Source of the DNA: Candidatus Aenigmatarchaeota archaeon
GTDB lineage: Archaea > Aenigmatarchaeota > Aenigmatarchaeia > CG10238-14 > SCSR01
Length of the DNA: 64,000 nt
Assembly (NCBI GenBank): GCA_018304615.1
Contig: JAGVVV010000008.1
Span: forward strand, 25,741-89,740
Direction of reading: 5' to 3'
Shown here one piece after another: positions 37,553-47,041 of this stretch. The first letter of the stretch is position 1, and each line of letters starts with the position of its first letter. The position numbers and the translations under genes were made by a program. The notes beneath the pieces are model-generated. The model was not told the DNA's origin. It worked only from the letters and a program-made list of their open reading frames with translations, and searched no databases.

Positions 37553-38239
37553 TCAGTTGAATCTTCTAGCTAAGGCCAACTTTCTAGCTTTTATTCCAGA
37601 AACAAAGTCAAGAATAGATTTGCTTCTACCAGACAGTCTCTTCACGTTAGACAAAGCCAGTCTCTTAATTTTAAAGCCTTTTTCTAGTGCATTCAAGTTC
37701 ATTTCAGTTTCTATTTCAAAAAAATCTGCTTCGAGGCTCAGTCTCCAAAAATCCTTTTTCCTTATAACACGAAAGCCATTCAAGGAGTCTTTTGAAAGAA
37801 TAGGAGGATAATTGCAATAAATTTGGAATTCTAGGTCAGTTGTCTTGGACAGAAACCAATCGGTGAAACCAATTTCGCCACTGACGAATCTACTAAAAGA
37901 ATTGTAGGAACTTTCGTCTCCTATTACAAGATCACAGGGATTTAATAATTTTACACCTTCTGCTATTTTTTCAGAAGGGTGCTCGCCGTCTCCATCAATA
38001 AATACCAAAATACTGCCCTTGGCGACTCTTGCACCAATTTTCATTTGCAAGCCTTTCCCAGGGGGTGAACTAATAACTTTTGCACCAAGTTTTTTAGCAA
38101 TCTTGTCTGTGCCATCAGTAGAAGCATCAACTACGATAATTTCAGAACATGACTTCAATGATTTGGGTATTGTATGAATTACTTGATGAATGTTTTCTTT
38201 CTCGTTTTTAGTGGATATTATTATGCTGCACTTTATCAT
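37553..38239 (-). CDS. GT2 glycosyltransferase (DPM1-like)
   Basis: IIVVDASTDGT, GKG, FIDGDGEH, FEIETEM. Confidence 0.9.
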   Translation of the reverse strand: MIKCSIIISTKNEKENIHQVIHTIPKSLKSCSEIIVVDASTDGTDKIAKKLGAKVISSPPGKGLQMKIGARVAKGSILVFIDGDGEHPSEKIAEGVKLLNPCDLVIGDESSYNSFSRFVSGEIGFTDWFLSKTTDLEFQIYCNYPPILSKDSLNGFRVIRKKDFWRLSLEADFFEIETEMNLNALEKGFKIKRLALSNVKRLSGRSKSILDFVSGIKARKLALARRFN

Positions 38240-38281
38240 TTTGAATATAATTCAAATAGCTAGATTTATAAATTTAGATAA

Positions 38282-38566
38282 ATGGGGATAGAGAGAAAAA
38301 ATCTGATTTTCCTTTTTTTGGGAGCCCTGATCGCAATTTCTCTAGAGCAGTTTCTGTGGTGGGATTTGATAATCTCGCAAAAGACCGTCCACAATGATTT
38401 CTGGATCCTGATTTCTGAGGATGTGAAGAGCTATCAGGAAGGATCGAAGCTGGATGTGTTATACTCAACGGACATCAATCAGGCGAATCTCGTTTTAAAT
38501 ATTTGGAAAATTCTAGTTGTAATACCTGTGATTGGTTTAGGCGTATTGATTTTAAGGACGAGATGA
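38282..38566 (+). CDS. Small membrane protein
   Basis: Two TM helices; upstream of pheS. Confidence 0.6.
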   Translation: MGIERKNLIFLFLGALIAISLEQFLWWDLIISQKTVHNDFWILISEDVKSYQEGSKLDVLYSTDINQANLVLNIWKILVVIPVIGLGVLILRTR

Positions 38567-38567
38567 G

Positions 38568-39863
38568 ATGTCTAATTACAAACTGACTGAAGAAGGCGAA
38601 AAGTATCTGAAGGAAGGACTTCCTGAGAAGAATCTGGTCGTTTTCCTTAATTCTCTTCCTCAGAAGACTGCGACCATAGGAAGGACTTTCTCCAAGGTTA
38701 AGAATTATCCGATTGCTTTGAAGTGGGCGATGGAGAAAGGCTGGGTGATGAAGCAGGCAGACCAGCTGACGCTCTTGAAACCGCCTCATGAGACTGCGGA
38801 AGAGGCAGCTCTGAAGAAAATTCACGAGGGGAAGAAAATTGATGAGAAGATTTTGAATGTTTTGATGCAGAGGAATCTGGTAGTCAAAGTCAGCGAAACT
38901 TTTGTCAAAACTGAAAAGGAGCTTGCTAAGACCGGGAATGTTATTGGGGAATTGACATATGAGATGATGGTTACTGGATTGTGGAAGGGCAAGAAATTCA
39001 AGCAAGTGGATGTAGAAACTACCAGGAAAAAATTGCCGAAAAGAATTTCTCCTGGGAAAAGGCAGCCCTACAACCAGTTTCTGATGTATGTGAGAGAGAA
39101 ATTAGTAAAACTCGGTTTCAAAGAAATGACAGGGCCGACAATCGAGACCGAATTCTGGAATTTCGACGCACTCTTCCAGCCGCAAAATCATCCTGCAAGA
39201 GACTGGACGCAGATATATTCTTTGAAATATCCGAAGGAGGCAGGGAGATTGCCTGCGAAAAATATTGTCGAAAGGGTGAAGCTTACTCATGAGAACGGAT
39301 GGAGGACTGGATCTACTGGATGGGGATACAAATGGAGTTCCGAGAAAGCGTCCCAGTTGATGCCCAGAGCTCATGACACTGCCATCACCCCAAGATATCT
39401 TGTCAAAGGTGTGGACATCCCTGGAAGATATTTCGACATGGTAAGATGCTACAGGCCGGATGTGATTGACGCCACGCACGGAGTAGAATTCATTCAGACC
39501 GGAGGAATTGTCGTTGCCAAAGATCTTAATTTCAGGCATTTGCTCGGACTGTTGAAGCAGTTCGCGGTTGAGATTACCGGAATCAAGAAAGTGAAGTTCT
39601 TCACAGATTATTACCCGTTCACTGAACCCTCGGTCCAGATTTCCGGAGAGCATCCTAAGCTGGGATGGATTGAACTGGCAGGAGCGGGAATCTTCAGGCC
39701 GGAACTGACAGAACCTTTGGGTGTGAAAGAGCCTGTCATCGCGTGGGGATTTGGAATAGACAGATTGGCCATGAACGCCCTCAAGGTCAATGACATCAGG
39801 GAACTCTTCTCAAGAAATCTGGAATGGCTGAAAAATCAGGAGTTTAGATATGCCAAAGCTTGA
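38568..39863 (+). CDS. pheS: Phenylalanine-tRNA ligase alpha
   Basis: FWNFDALFQPQNHPARD, DATHGVEF, YYPFTEPS, GFGIDRL. Confidence 0.97.
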   Translation: MSNYKLTEEGEKYLKEGLPEKNLVVFLNSLPQKTATIGRTFSKVKNYPIALKWAMEKGWVMKQADQLTLLKPPHETAEEAALKKIHEGKKIDEKILNVLMQRNLVVKVSETFVKTEKELAKTGNVIGELTYEMMVTGLWKGKKFKQVDVETTRKKLPKRISPGKRQPYNQFLMYVREKLVKLGFKEMTGPTIETEFWNFDALFQPQNHPARDWTQIYSLKYPKEAGRLPAKNIVERVKLTHENGWRTGSTGWGYKWSSEKASQLMPRAHDTAITPRYLVKGVDIPGRYFDMVRCYRPDVIDATHGVEFIQTGGIVVAKDLNFRHLLGLLKQFAVEITGIKKVKFFTDYYPFTEPSVQISGEHPKLGWIELAGAGIFRPELTEPLGVKEPVIAWGFGIDRLAMNALKVNDIRELFSRNLEWLKNQEFRYAKA

Positions 39864-41496
39864 AATCTCACAATCAGATTTGTGCTCGTTAATCGGGAAA
39901 AAAATTCCAATTGAAAGTTTGAAGCAGAATATTCTTTATGCAAAGGGGGAGATAGACGGAGTTGAAGAAGATACACTAAAGGTTGATTTGAAGGATTCTA
40001 ACAGGCCAGATTTGTGGTCAGCGGAAGGAATCGCAAGGGAAATCAAAGGAAGGGTCACGAGCAAAGTAGGATTGCCTGAATATAAAATCAAAAGAGGAAA
40101 TTTGGTTGTGCATGTTGACAAGAAAGTTTCTCGTGTCAGACCTCTGACAGTCTGCGCAGTAGTGAGAGACTTGAAAATAAACAAGCAGGTCCTTTCCCAG
40201 ATGATTCAATTGCAGGAGAAAGTCGCGACGACGTTCGGAAGAAACAGGAAGGAAGTTGCCATAGGAGTTTATGATTTTCACAAGATAAAACCGCCGATCA
40301 CTTACACGACTGTCCAACCAGAAGGAATCAGATTTGTCCCCCTCGAATTCAAGGAAGAGATGACCCCGAAAGAGATTCTTGAAAGGCATCCGAAGGGGAA
40401 GGAGTTCGGCCATCTGCTGTCAGGATATAACGAGTATCCTATTTTCATAGACTCCGCGAATCAGGTCTTGTCGATGCCACCGATAATCAATTCAGACCAC
40501 ACAGGAAAAGTAGATGAAGAGACCAGAGACGTCTTCATAGAGTGCAGTGGTTACAATTTCAAGTTCCTTGTGCCTGCACTGAATGTGATTGTGTCCGCGT
40601 TGGCTGACAGGGGGGCGAAAATAGAATCGGTGAAGGTAGAGTATCACAACAAAAGCGTGATGACTCCCGACCTGCTGCCGAAGAAAGCAGTTGTTGATAT
40701 TGATTATGTAAACAAAGTCTCTGGCCTGAAATTGAAACCTAAAGACATTGTGAAATTGCTTCTGCAAGCTAGGTACAACCCCGTGATCAAGGGAAAAAGA
40801 ATAGAAGTTCATTATCCTGCGTACAGGCAGGACATCATGCATCCGAGGGACGTGGTTGAGGATGTAATCATTTCTTATGGCTACAACAAGGTGGAACCTC
40901 TTCCGATAAAGTATAAGACGCTCGGGAAAATGAACGAGATGGAAGAGGCGTCGGAAAAAATCGGAAGGATAATGTCCAAGCTGGGAATGCAGGAGATAAT
41001 GTCGTACACTTTGACTAACAAGGACCATTTGTTCAGAAAGATGAATGTCAAGGAAGAAAAAATAGTCGAGATAGAGAATCCTGTGTCTGCCAATTGGAAT
41101 ATTTTCAGGAACTGGATGATACCCAGTCTGATGGAATTCTTTTCAAACAATCAGCATGTGAAATATCCTCAGAAGATTTTCGAAATCGGAAATGTGGTAG
41201 CGGTTGATGAGAAGCAAGAGACACGAACAAGAGACATCAGAAAGCTGGCTGCAGCGATAGCTGATTCCAAGTTAGGATATCATGACATAGTTGCTGTATT
41301 GGATGGGTTCATGAGAAGTTGGAAGAAGAAATACAGATTGAGGAAGACCAGCCATTCAAGTTTCATCGAAGGAAGGATGGCTGAAATTCTTGTGGATAAA
41401 AAAACTGTTGGTGTAATAGGTGAGATTAGACCTGAGGTTCTCTTGAATTGGAAGTTGGAAATGCCTGTTTGCGTTTTTGAGCTAGAAATAGCGTAA
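39850..41496 (+). CDS. pheT: Phenylalanine-tRNA ligase beta
   Basis: NRPDLWSAEGIAR, LSMPPIINS, YRQDIMHPRDVVED. Confidence 0.97.
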   Translation: MPKLEISQSDLCSLIGKKIPIESLKQNILYAKGEIDGVEEDTLKVDLKDSNRPDLWSAEGIAREIKGRVTSKVGLPEYKIKRGNLVVHVDKKVSRVRPLTVCAVVRDLKINKQVLSQMIQLQEKVATTFGRNRKEVAIGVYDFHKIKPPITYTTVQPEGIRFVPLEFKEEMTPKEILERHPKGKEFGHLLSGYNEYPIFIDSANQVLSMPPIINSDHTGKVDEETRDVFIECSGYNFKFLVPALNVIVSALADRGAKIESVKVEYHNKSVMTPDLLPKKAVVDIDYVNKVSGLKLKPKDIVKLLLQARYNPVIKGKRIEVHYPAYRQDIMHPRDVVEDVIISYGYNKVEPLPIKYKTLGKMNEMEEASEKIGRIMSKLGMQEIMSYTLTNKDHLFRKMNVKEEKIVEIENPVSANWNIFRNWMIPSLMEFFSNNQHVKYPQKIFEIGNVVAVDEKQETRTRDIRKLAAAIADSKLGYHDIVAVLDGFMRSWKKKYRLRKTSHSSFIEGRMAEILVDKKTVGVIGEIRPEVLLNWKLEMPVCVFELEIA

Positions 41497-41751
41497 GAGA
41501 AATTTCTTGAATTTGGGACGCCTATCTAAAAATCTGAGTATTTCATGCGTCAGGTATTCTACGGCAGAATTGCCGAATCTGAGGATTACTAGCACGATTA
41601 TGTAGACGAAGCCTCCTATGATGATCAGTTGGATGAAATCTATCTTACCTACGAAAAATACTATGATTAGCGTCAGTAAGGAACCTATCTGGCCCATCAC
41701 GAAAGATTTTACGATGAAATGCAATCGTGAGTACTCTTCCGACTTGTTCAT
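41482..41751 (-). CDS. Small membrane protein
   Basis: Two TM helices. Confidence 0.6.
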   Translation of the reverse strand: MNKSEEYSRLHFIVKSFVMGQIGSLLTLIIVFFVGKIDFIQLIIIGGFVYIIVLVILRFGNSAVEYLTHEILRFLDRRPKFKKFLLRYF

Positions 41752-41756
41752 GAAAA

Positions 41757-42119
41757 TTATTTTGATTTCAGGTATTCAAATATCAACGACACGATTAGGA
41801 AAATTGAAGCAGCGGTCGAGACTGCAAAAATAGGGAGGATGAAATTCATATAGAACGGCGTCGTCCCGAGGTAGTCGAGGGTCGGCCAAGCTGAACCTGG
41901 ATAGATGGGAGAAATCTTGTTGGTCAAAGACCAGTATACGTATAGAGACGACATGTATGCTCCGGTCGCCCAGTTAATTTCCCAAAATGTTCTGATCGAA
42001 AGAGGGAAAAGCAAAGTGAACAGGCCGAGTTTGATTCTTCCTAATTTGTACTTTTTCCAAAATAAGTATGTCACGATTCCTGTCAATATGACCATGATCC
42101 CGAAAGATGTTTTGTTCAT
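41757..42119 (-). CDS. Membrane protein
   Basis: Three hydrophobic segments. Confidence 0.6.
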   Translation of the reverse strand: MNKTSFGIMVILTGIVTYLFWKKYKLGRIKLGLFTLLFPLSIRTFWEINWATGAYMSSLYVYWSLTNKISPIYPGSAWPTLDYLGTTPFYMNFILPIFAVSTAASIFLIVSLIFEYLKSK

Positions 42120-42274
42120 CGGCTCTCGAAAAGTTTGAGGTTGGGATTGACGATAGAAGTATAACCGTAAAATGTAGTTTGGATAAGTGTGGCGACGATA
42201 AGGAGAATGCCTAGAAGGATTATTCTTTCAGGATAGAACAGAGAAAGGAATTTTTTGTAGTAATTATCGCTCAT
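42116..42274 (-). CDS. 52-aa membrane ORF; not in ORF track (may be the frameshifted N-terminus of 41757-42119)
   Basis: MSDNYYKKFLSLFYPERIILLGILLIVATLIQ...; ATGA overlap with next ORF. Confidence 0.45.
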   Translation of the reverse strand: MSDNYYKKFLSLFYPERIILLGILLIVATLIQTTFYGYTSIVNPNLKLFESR

Positions 42275-42278
42275 GATT

Positions 42279-43058
42279 TTATCCGTTTAACCATTTAGCA
42301 AGCCTGTGGACGAGAGTCGGATATTCTTCTTCTGGATATTCGTACTCGAATGGTTTGTCTATCAGCCAATGAGCCAATCTCCTCACTTCAACTGCAGCAG
42401 GAGAATCAGGCATCATGCTCACAAGAGGTTTTTTCAGATGGATGCTCTGCTGGATGTAAGGATCTTCTGGAATCTCTGCGATGATAGGTGCGCCAATCAG
42501 GTCTTCTATCTTGTGGTTGGGCATCTCATGCCATCTGTTCTTCTTCCTGTTGACTACGACTCCTAGGATTTTCTTGTTCCTTCTTTTCGCTAAATCCACT
42601 GCTTTCAGTGAATCTACGACAGAAGTCATCTCAGGATTAGTCACGACAAGCATCTCGTCTGCTGCTTCTATTGCTGAGACTGCTTCTCTCCCCAAACCGG
42701 CAGCACAGTCCAAAAGAACGAAATCTGTTTTACCAATTAAATTTACTGTAACTTCAGGAAGTCTTCCCACATCAACATTCTTCAAATCATCAACTGACAT
42801 GCTTGCGGGCATCACCTTGAAACCGAGAGGATGAGGGTATGTAGCTTCCCTGATTCTTGCTTCGCCTCTGAGGACATGATGAAGGGTTTTCGCAGGCATT
42901 TGAAGGCCGACATGCATTCCTAGATTTGGGGTAGTGAGATTGGCGTCGATTGCGATTACGTCCTTTCCGAGTTGAGCAAGAGAAGCTGCTAGATTGGAAG
43001 TAAGGGTAGTCTTCCCGGAACCTCCCTTCCCAGAACTTATAAGTATCACTCTAGTCAT
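42279..43058 (-). CDS. minD: MinD-family ATPase
   Basis: SGKGGSGKTT, IDANLTTPNL, LLDCAAGLGRE. Confidence 0.9.
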   Translation of the reverse strand: MTRVILISSGKGGSGKTTLTSNLAASLAQLGKDVIAIDANLTTPNLGMHVGLQMPAKTLHHVLRGEARIREATYPHPLGFKVMPASMSVDDLKNVDVGRLPEVTVNLIGKTDFVLLDCAAGLGREAVSAIEAADEMLVVTNPEMTSVVDSLKAVDLAKRRNKKILGVVVNRKKNRWHEMPNHKIEDLIGAPIIAEIPEDPYIQQSIHLKKPLVSMMPDSPAAVEVRRLAHWLIDKPFEYEYPEEEYPTLVHRLAKWLNG

Positions 43059-43101
43059 CCGCTCACATTTTAAATATAGAATTTATGGTATTTTAAATCA
43101 A

Positions 43102-43284
43102 TTAACTTCCGAAGAAAGTGAATACAGAGGCGACAAGATCCTTGGTTCTGTTGACGTAGTTGGCGTAAGAGTCTGTCAGGATTTTTGAGTTTGTATAGCC
43201 AGCCCAACTGCCGAGAACTATTGCAAGAACAAAAACAATCAAGATGAGTAAGACTGCGGAGATAATAACAGAAATGCCTTTCAT
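43102..43284 (-). CDS. Short (60 aa) pilin-like protein
   Basis: MKG/ISVIISAVLLILIVFVLA. Confidence 0.7.
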   Translation of the reverse strand: MKGISVIISAVLLILIVFVLAIVLGSWAGYTNSKILTDSYANYVNRTKDLVASVFTFFGS

Positions 43285-43330
43285 ATTGAAATAATCTGAT
43301 TTCTGAAGATAAAAGTTTTGAATGTTCTTG

Positions 43331-44185
43331 TTAAACATACGGCAAAAGCAGTAAAATCCCGACTGCAAGGAAGATGGGAATTGGTAATCCGGGTAGTGGT
43401 TTGTTGTACTTCTCAAGGATGTAAAGTGTGAGTAGGACTCCGAGATTAATTGCAATTCCAACTATGGCTGCTCCGAGGAAACTTTTTTGGATGAATCCTG
43501 AAGCGACAAGGAGAGAGTAAAAGACGAAATCACCTGTTCCAATGGTGAATCCTCCTATTCTTGTAATAATTAAACCGAGATCAGAATAGATGAATTTCTC
43601 TTGCAAAGTTTTCTTGGGTTGTATTTTAATCAGTTTTTTCAGAGGACCGCGGAAGACGGCATAGATGTCATAAAGAGCAAAAGCTAGAGGAAGGATGTAT
43701 AAAGTAGGTGGTGATAAACTCAGAGCCAAATAAGATGCTATCTCTGTTGTCAGCAAAAGAACTGACGAAGTTACTATCAGATAATTTTTGTTGTAAAGGC
43801 CGTAGACTATCGCGAGAATGAACAAGAGTGTTATTGAAGTTGAAAGCGTGAAAAGGTCTGTTCCTGAATATCGGTTAAGAAGAACCATCAATTGCCAATC
43901 TGTAAATCCGAACAGGAAAATTAACGGTAAAATAATGACGATGAATTTGAAAACTACTCTCAGTCTGTATTTCAAGATGAAAATCAGGAATATGGTGAAT
44001 AATGCTACATAGATGACTAAAATTCCTGAGTTGGCTGAAGCCTGTGCCACATTTTCATTTCCAAATGGAGCATACTGCTCTACTGGAATTTGTGAAATGA
44101 TGAAATTTTGTGTGAATAGGACAGCGACAATCTGAGTCAGGACAAAAGTTGTTATCAGAAGTAGTTGGTTTCTTTTTTCTTTCAT
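43331..44185 (-). CDS. Presenilin/SPP-family intramembrane aspartyl protease
   Basis: LYDIYAVF, IGTGDF, PLPGLP; multiple TM helices. Confidence 0.88.
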   Translation of the reverse strand: MKEKRNQLLLITTFVLTQIVAVLFTQNFIISQIPVEQYAPFGNENVAQASANSGILVIYVALFTIFLIFILKYRLRVVFKFIVIILPLIFLFGFTDWQLMVLLNRYSGTDLFTLSTSITLLFILAIVYGLYNKNYLIVTSSVLLLTTEIASYLALSLSPPTLYILPLAFALYDIYAVFRGPLKKLIKIQPKKTLQEKFIYSDLGLIITRIGGFTIGTGDFVFYSLLVASGFIQKSFLGAAIVGIAINLGVLLTLYILEKYNKPLPGLPIPIFLAVGILLLLPYV

Positions 44186-44697
44186 CTTATCCTCTTGTTT
44201 TTTGTTAAATTAACTGTTTTGTAAATTTCCTTCTTGTTGATTTTCAACTCCCAAAATAAATAAACTGCAAAGAGACCCAGCGTAAAAAAGTAGAGGAATG
44301 GCATTGCGAAAAGGAAGGGCTGTCCAATCGCAGTTCCTACGAAGGAGAAATAGTCCGCCCACCAGTTGTTCACAGGAAACGGGTATTCAAATTTCCACGG
44401 CAATACAACCCGCTCTGCAATCCAGTAGGAAAAATCCTCCACTGTGACCCAGACCAGGGAAAAAATCAGTATGCGGGCTATTGCAGATTTTGCCGACAAC
44501 AGGTTGTATCTTTTCAGGGAGTACAGAACAACCAGAGAGGATACGAAATAAACAACTGCTGCATATAGATAGCCCCACGGCCAGTTTCTTGGAACACTTG
44601 GAGGAGATTTCACCAACGCCTCAAATATTCCGTAAAGAAAGCTTGTCAGAAGGATTATTGCAGTTACTCGAAGAATCATCTTTGTCTTCTTCATCAA
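44182..44697 (-). CDS. Hypothetical membrane protein
   Basis: TM helices, VEDFSYW. Confidence 0.7.
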   Translation of the reverse strand: MMKKTKMILRVTAIILLTSFLYGIFEALVKSPPSVPRNWPWGYLYAAVVYFVSSLVVLYSLKRYNLLSAKSAIARILIFSLVWVTVEDFSYWIAERVVLPWKFEYPFPVNNWWADYFSFVGTAIGQPFLFAMPFLYFFTLGLFAVYLFWELKINKKEIYKTVNLTKNKRIR

Positions 44698-44727
44698 ATT
44701 ACTTTTTATTTTTTGACAAAATATACC

Positions 44728-44931
44728 TTAGGACTTTGCAAACCAGTGCGGTTGACCGGCGAGAAGCTTTGATTTAACTTTTTTCTGTTTTTCCAGCTCT
44801 GCAAGTTTCTGCTTAGCTTTGCTTTCCTCCAAATCAAAAACGCGGGAAATTTCCTTGATGACATCTTTTATTTTCAGCCCAAGTTTTTCGAATAATTTTC
44901 TCCATTCCCCATCATTTTTGTTAGATAGCAT
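44728..44931 (-). CDS. Small hypothetical protein or gene remnant (wHTH-like)
   Basis: ORF begins at the tRNA-Arg discriminator base; helical Lys/Glu-rich. Confidence 0.4.
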   Translation of the reverse strand: MLSNKNDGEWRKLFEKLGLKIKDVIKEISRVFDLEESKAKQKLAELEKQKKVKSKLLAGQPHWFAKS

Positions 44932-45019
44932 GCCCCTGCAGGGATTTGAACCCTGGACCTCCTGCTTAGAAGGCAGTTGCTCTATCCAAACTGAGCTTTC
45001 CTCGTATTACTACAAGGGC
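44931..45019 (-). tRNA. tRNA-Arg(TCT) with 14-nt BHB intron at 8/9 (44998-45011)
   Basis: Spliced: GCCCTTG TA GCTC AGTTTGGATA GAGC A ACTGC CTTCTAA GCAGG AGGTC CAGGG TTCAAAT CCCTG CAGGGGC A. Confidence 0.85.
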
Positions 45020-45134
45020 ATTAGCCATCAGGGGCATTATTCTAAATTATCATAACAACTTCATTAATAAAACATTAGGTGTAGACCAAACAAAATCTGA
45101 CCTTTTTATCTACTTTATCAAACACATTCTTTTT

Positions 45135-45668
45135 ATGGAAGAGAAGATTACGTTAATAGACAGGGATGTTCTGAAAGTTCTGGCCGCAGATACTAGAATG
45201 GATATACTGAAGATTCTGGGAGAAGGAGCAAGGACTCCGTCGGACATAAGCAAGAAACTGAAGAAAAGTGATGCGACTATAGTCGAACATTTGGAAGTTT
45301 TGACTAAAGCTGGTTTAGTAACAAAGGTGGAACAGCCTGGAAAGAAGTGGGTCTTCTATACTTTGACAGACAGAGGTCAGGGAATCATTTCTTCGAAATC
45401 AAGACGTCTGATAATAATTTTGTCAACATCGATTTTGGCTATTGCAGCAAGTGTAGGAACTTATTTCTATCAAGGACAGACTTCTTTCCAAGCGATTGCC
45501 CAAAAAGAAGCAGCACCTTTGGCCAGTAATGCTGCGGGAACTACGACTTCAATAGTCTCCCAATCTCCCTACTTGTTATACGCCTCAGAATTTTTGTTGG
45601 TGGCAGGATTCATAGGCATAGTTTATTATCTGATTGAAAGACGAAGTCTAAAAGGAGGATTCAAATGA
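45135..45668 (+). CDS. ArsR-type wHTH regulator fused to two TM helices
   Basis: LKVLAADTRMDIL, TIVEHLEVLTKAGLV, KWVFYTLT. Confidence 0.85.
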   Translation: MEEKITLIDRDVLKVLAADTRMDILKILGEGARTPSDISKKLKKSDATIVEHLEVLTKAGLVTKVEQPGKKWVFYTLTDRGQGIISSKSRRLIIILSTSILAIAASVGTYFYQGQTSFQAIAQKEAAPLASNAAGTTTSIVSQSPYLLYASEFLLVAGFIGIVYYLIERRSLKGGFK

Positions 45669-46978
45669 AAAAGTTAATTGCAATTTTCACAATTCTGATG
45701 TTGGTTGCTTCTCCAGTTTTATCCTCGGCGCAAACAAATACCAAGCCTTATGGTACTGCATTTTATTGGCATGCTAATGATTATTACAATGTCGAGTTGG
45801 GCGGGAATGGCAATGCATTCGTCGTCGCTACTATGAACATAGAGAGCCTTTCTGACAAGAACGTCACATCATTGGTCTTGGAAATTCCTAACTACAATGT
45901 CCAGATATACAAACTCGTCCAGCAAGGTGGTTACTACTATCCGTGCCAGATAAAGCCTTGCCCTCTTGGAGAACCCAATTATCCAATCTACTACGAGCCG
46001 CAGTTTCTGAATTACACGATTGAGAATCTTGCAGAGTCGACTGTGCTGAAAAGCGATCTTGCATATCCACTGATGCCAACCCAGCAGAACACGATCTATC
46101 TTGTTTACTCCACACCGAGGATTGCAAAACAGACTTTCCAAGGTTATGAATTCACTTTCAAGACAGTCCAAGATCCGAAGGCATTGATCAGATATGTTTC
46201 TGCGAGCGTTTCTGTTCCTCAGGACATGGAACTGAAGGGAAAACCGAAGTTCGACATAAACTACAAGTCTTCTGACATCCTCGCGGCCATATCAAAGGGG
46301 AGCGCGCAAGAACTGGTGAATTCGGTAGCTTCGATAAGAGCACCTTATCCGCCTTATTATGGTGGAGACCAGTATTCGGCGCAGAATCTTCTCCCAGGAG
46401 AATCATTCACTGTCAAAGGACTCTACGGTAGTAACTTCTGGTTGCTGTACATCCAAGAAATCGTGTGGGGACTTGTGGGAATTGCAGTATTCCTTTTCGT
46501 CTTCTACTTCTTCCTGATAAGAAGGATAAGAAAAGTTTTCCAGAGGAGATATGAGGGTGGAGAAGTCAGAAGAAAGATCAACTTCTCATTAGGAAGAGCG
46601 TTGGTTGTTGGAGTGGTATCTGGATTTCTTTTTGTCGTAGCTTACTTCGGGATGACATACCTCTCAGGATTGTTCAACACAGGATATTATTATAACCAGC
46701 CGCCGACAACAATTTTGTTCTTCCTCCTGAATGCTGCAGTTCTCGTACTCTCCCTATTCGGACTTCCATACTGGCTGGGAAGAAGGAACAGGTCTGAAGG
46801 AATCGTCTCCGGAATAATTTCGATATTCGCTGCGTTGTTTTTGCTAGTGATAATTTCTATCATGTTCCCAACTCAACCGCCGATAATCTACTATGCCAAG
46901 GGTCTTCTGGAAAGTTTCGGATCTTCCGCAGGCAGTGCAGGAACAGTAACTCCTCAAACTACAGGAAATCCTTACTGA
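45665..46978 (+). CDS. Secreted-domain membrane protein
   Basis: Signal peptide, extracellular beta domain, four C-terminal TM helices. Confidence 0.75.
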   Translation: MKKLIAIFTILMLVASPVLSSAQTNTKPYGTAFYWHANDYYNVELGGNGNAFVVATMNIESLSDKNVTSLVLEIPNYNVQIYKLVQQGGYYYPCQIKPCPLGEPNYPIYYEPQFLNYTIENLAESTVLKSDLAYPLMPTQQNTIYLVYSTPRIAKQTFQGYEFTFKTVQDPKALIRYVSASVSVPQDMELKGKPKFDINYKSSDILAAISKGSAQELVNSVASIRAPYPPYYGGDQYSAQNLLPGESFTVKGLYGSNFWLLYIQEIVWGLVGIAVFLFVFYFFLIRRIRKVFQRRYEGGEVRRKINFSLGRALVVGVVSGFLFVVAYFGMTYLSGLFNTGYYYNQPPTTILFFLLNAAVLVLSLFGLPYWLGRRNRSEGIVSGIISIFAALFLLVIISIMFPTQPPIIYYAKGLLESFGSSAGSAGTVTPQTTGNPY

Positions 46979-47041
46979 ACTCTTTTGAGAAGAGCTTTAA
47001 TTTGCTTCTAATTATAAAATTAACTAGAGGGACATGCTTAA

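Noticed and set aside
45013-45035. Second 16-nt intron in the tRNA-Arg acceptor stem
   Set aside because: No register I tested gives a 4-bp central helix
44819-45055. ORF containing PLQGFEPWT as an integrase fragment
   Set aside because: It is simply the antisense of tRNA-Arg, with no intN motif upstream
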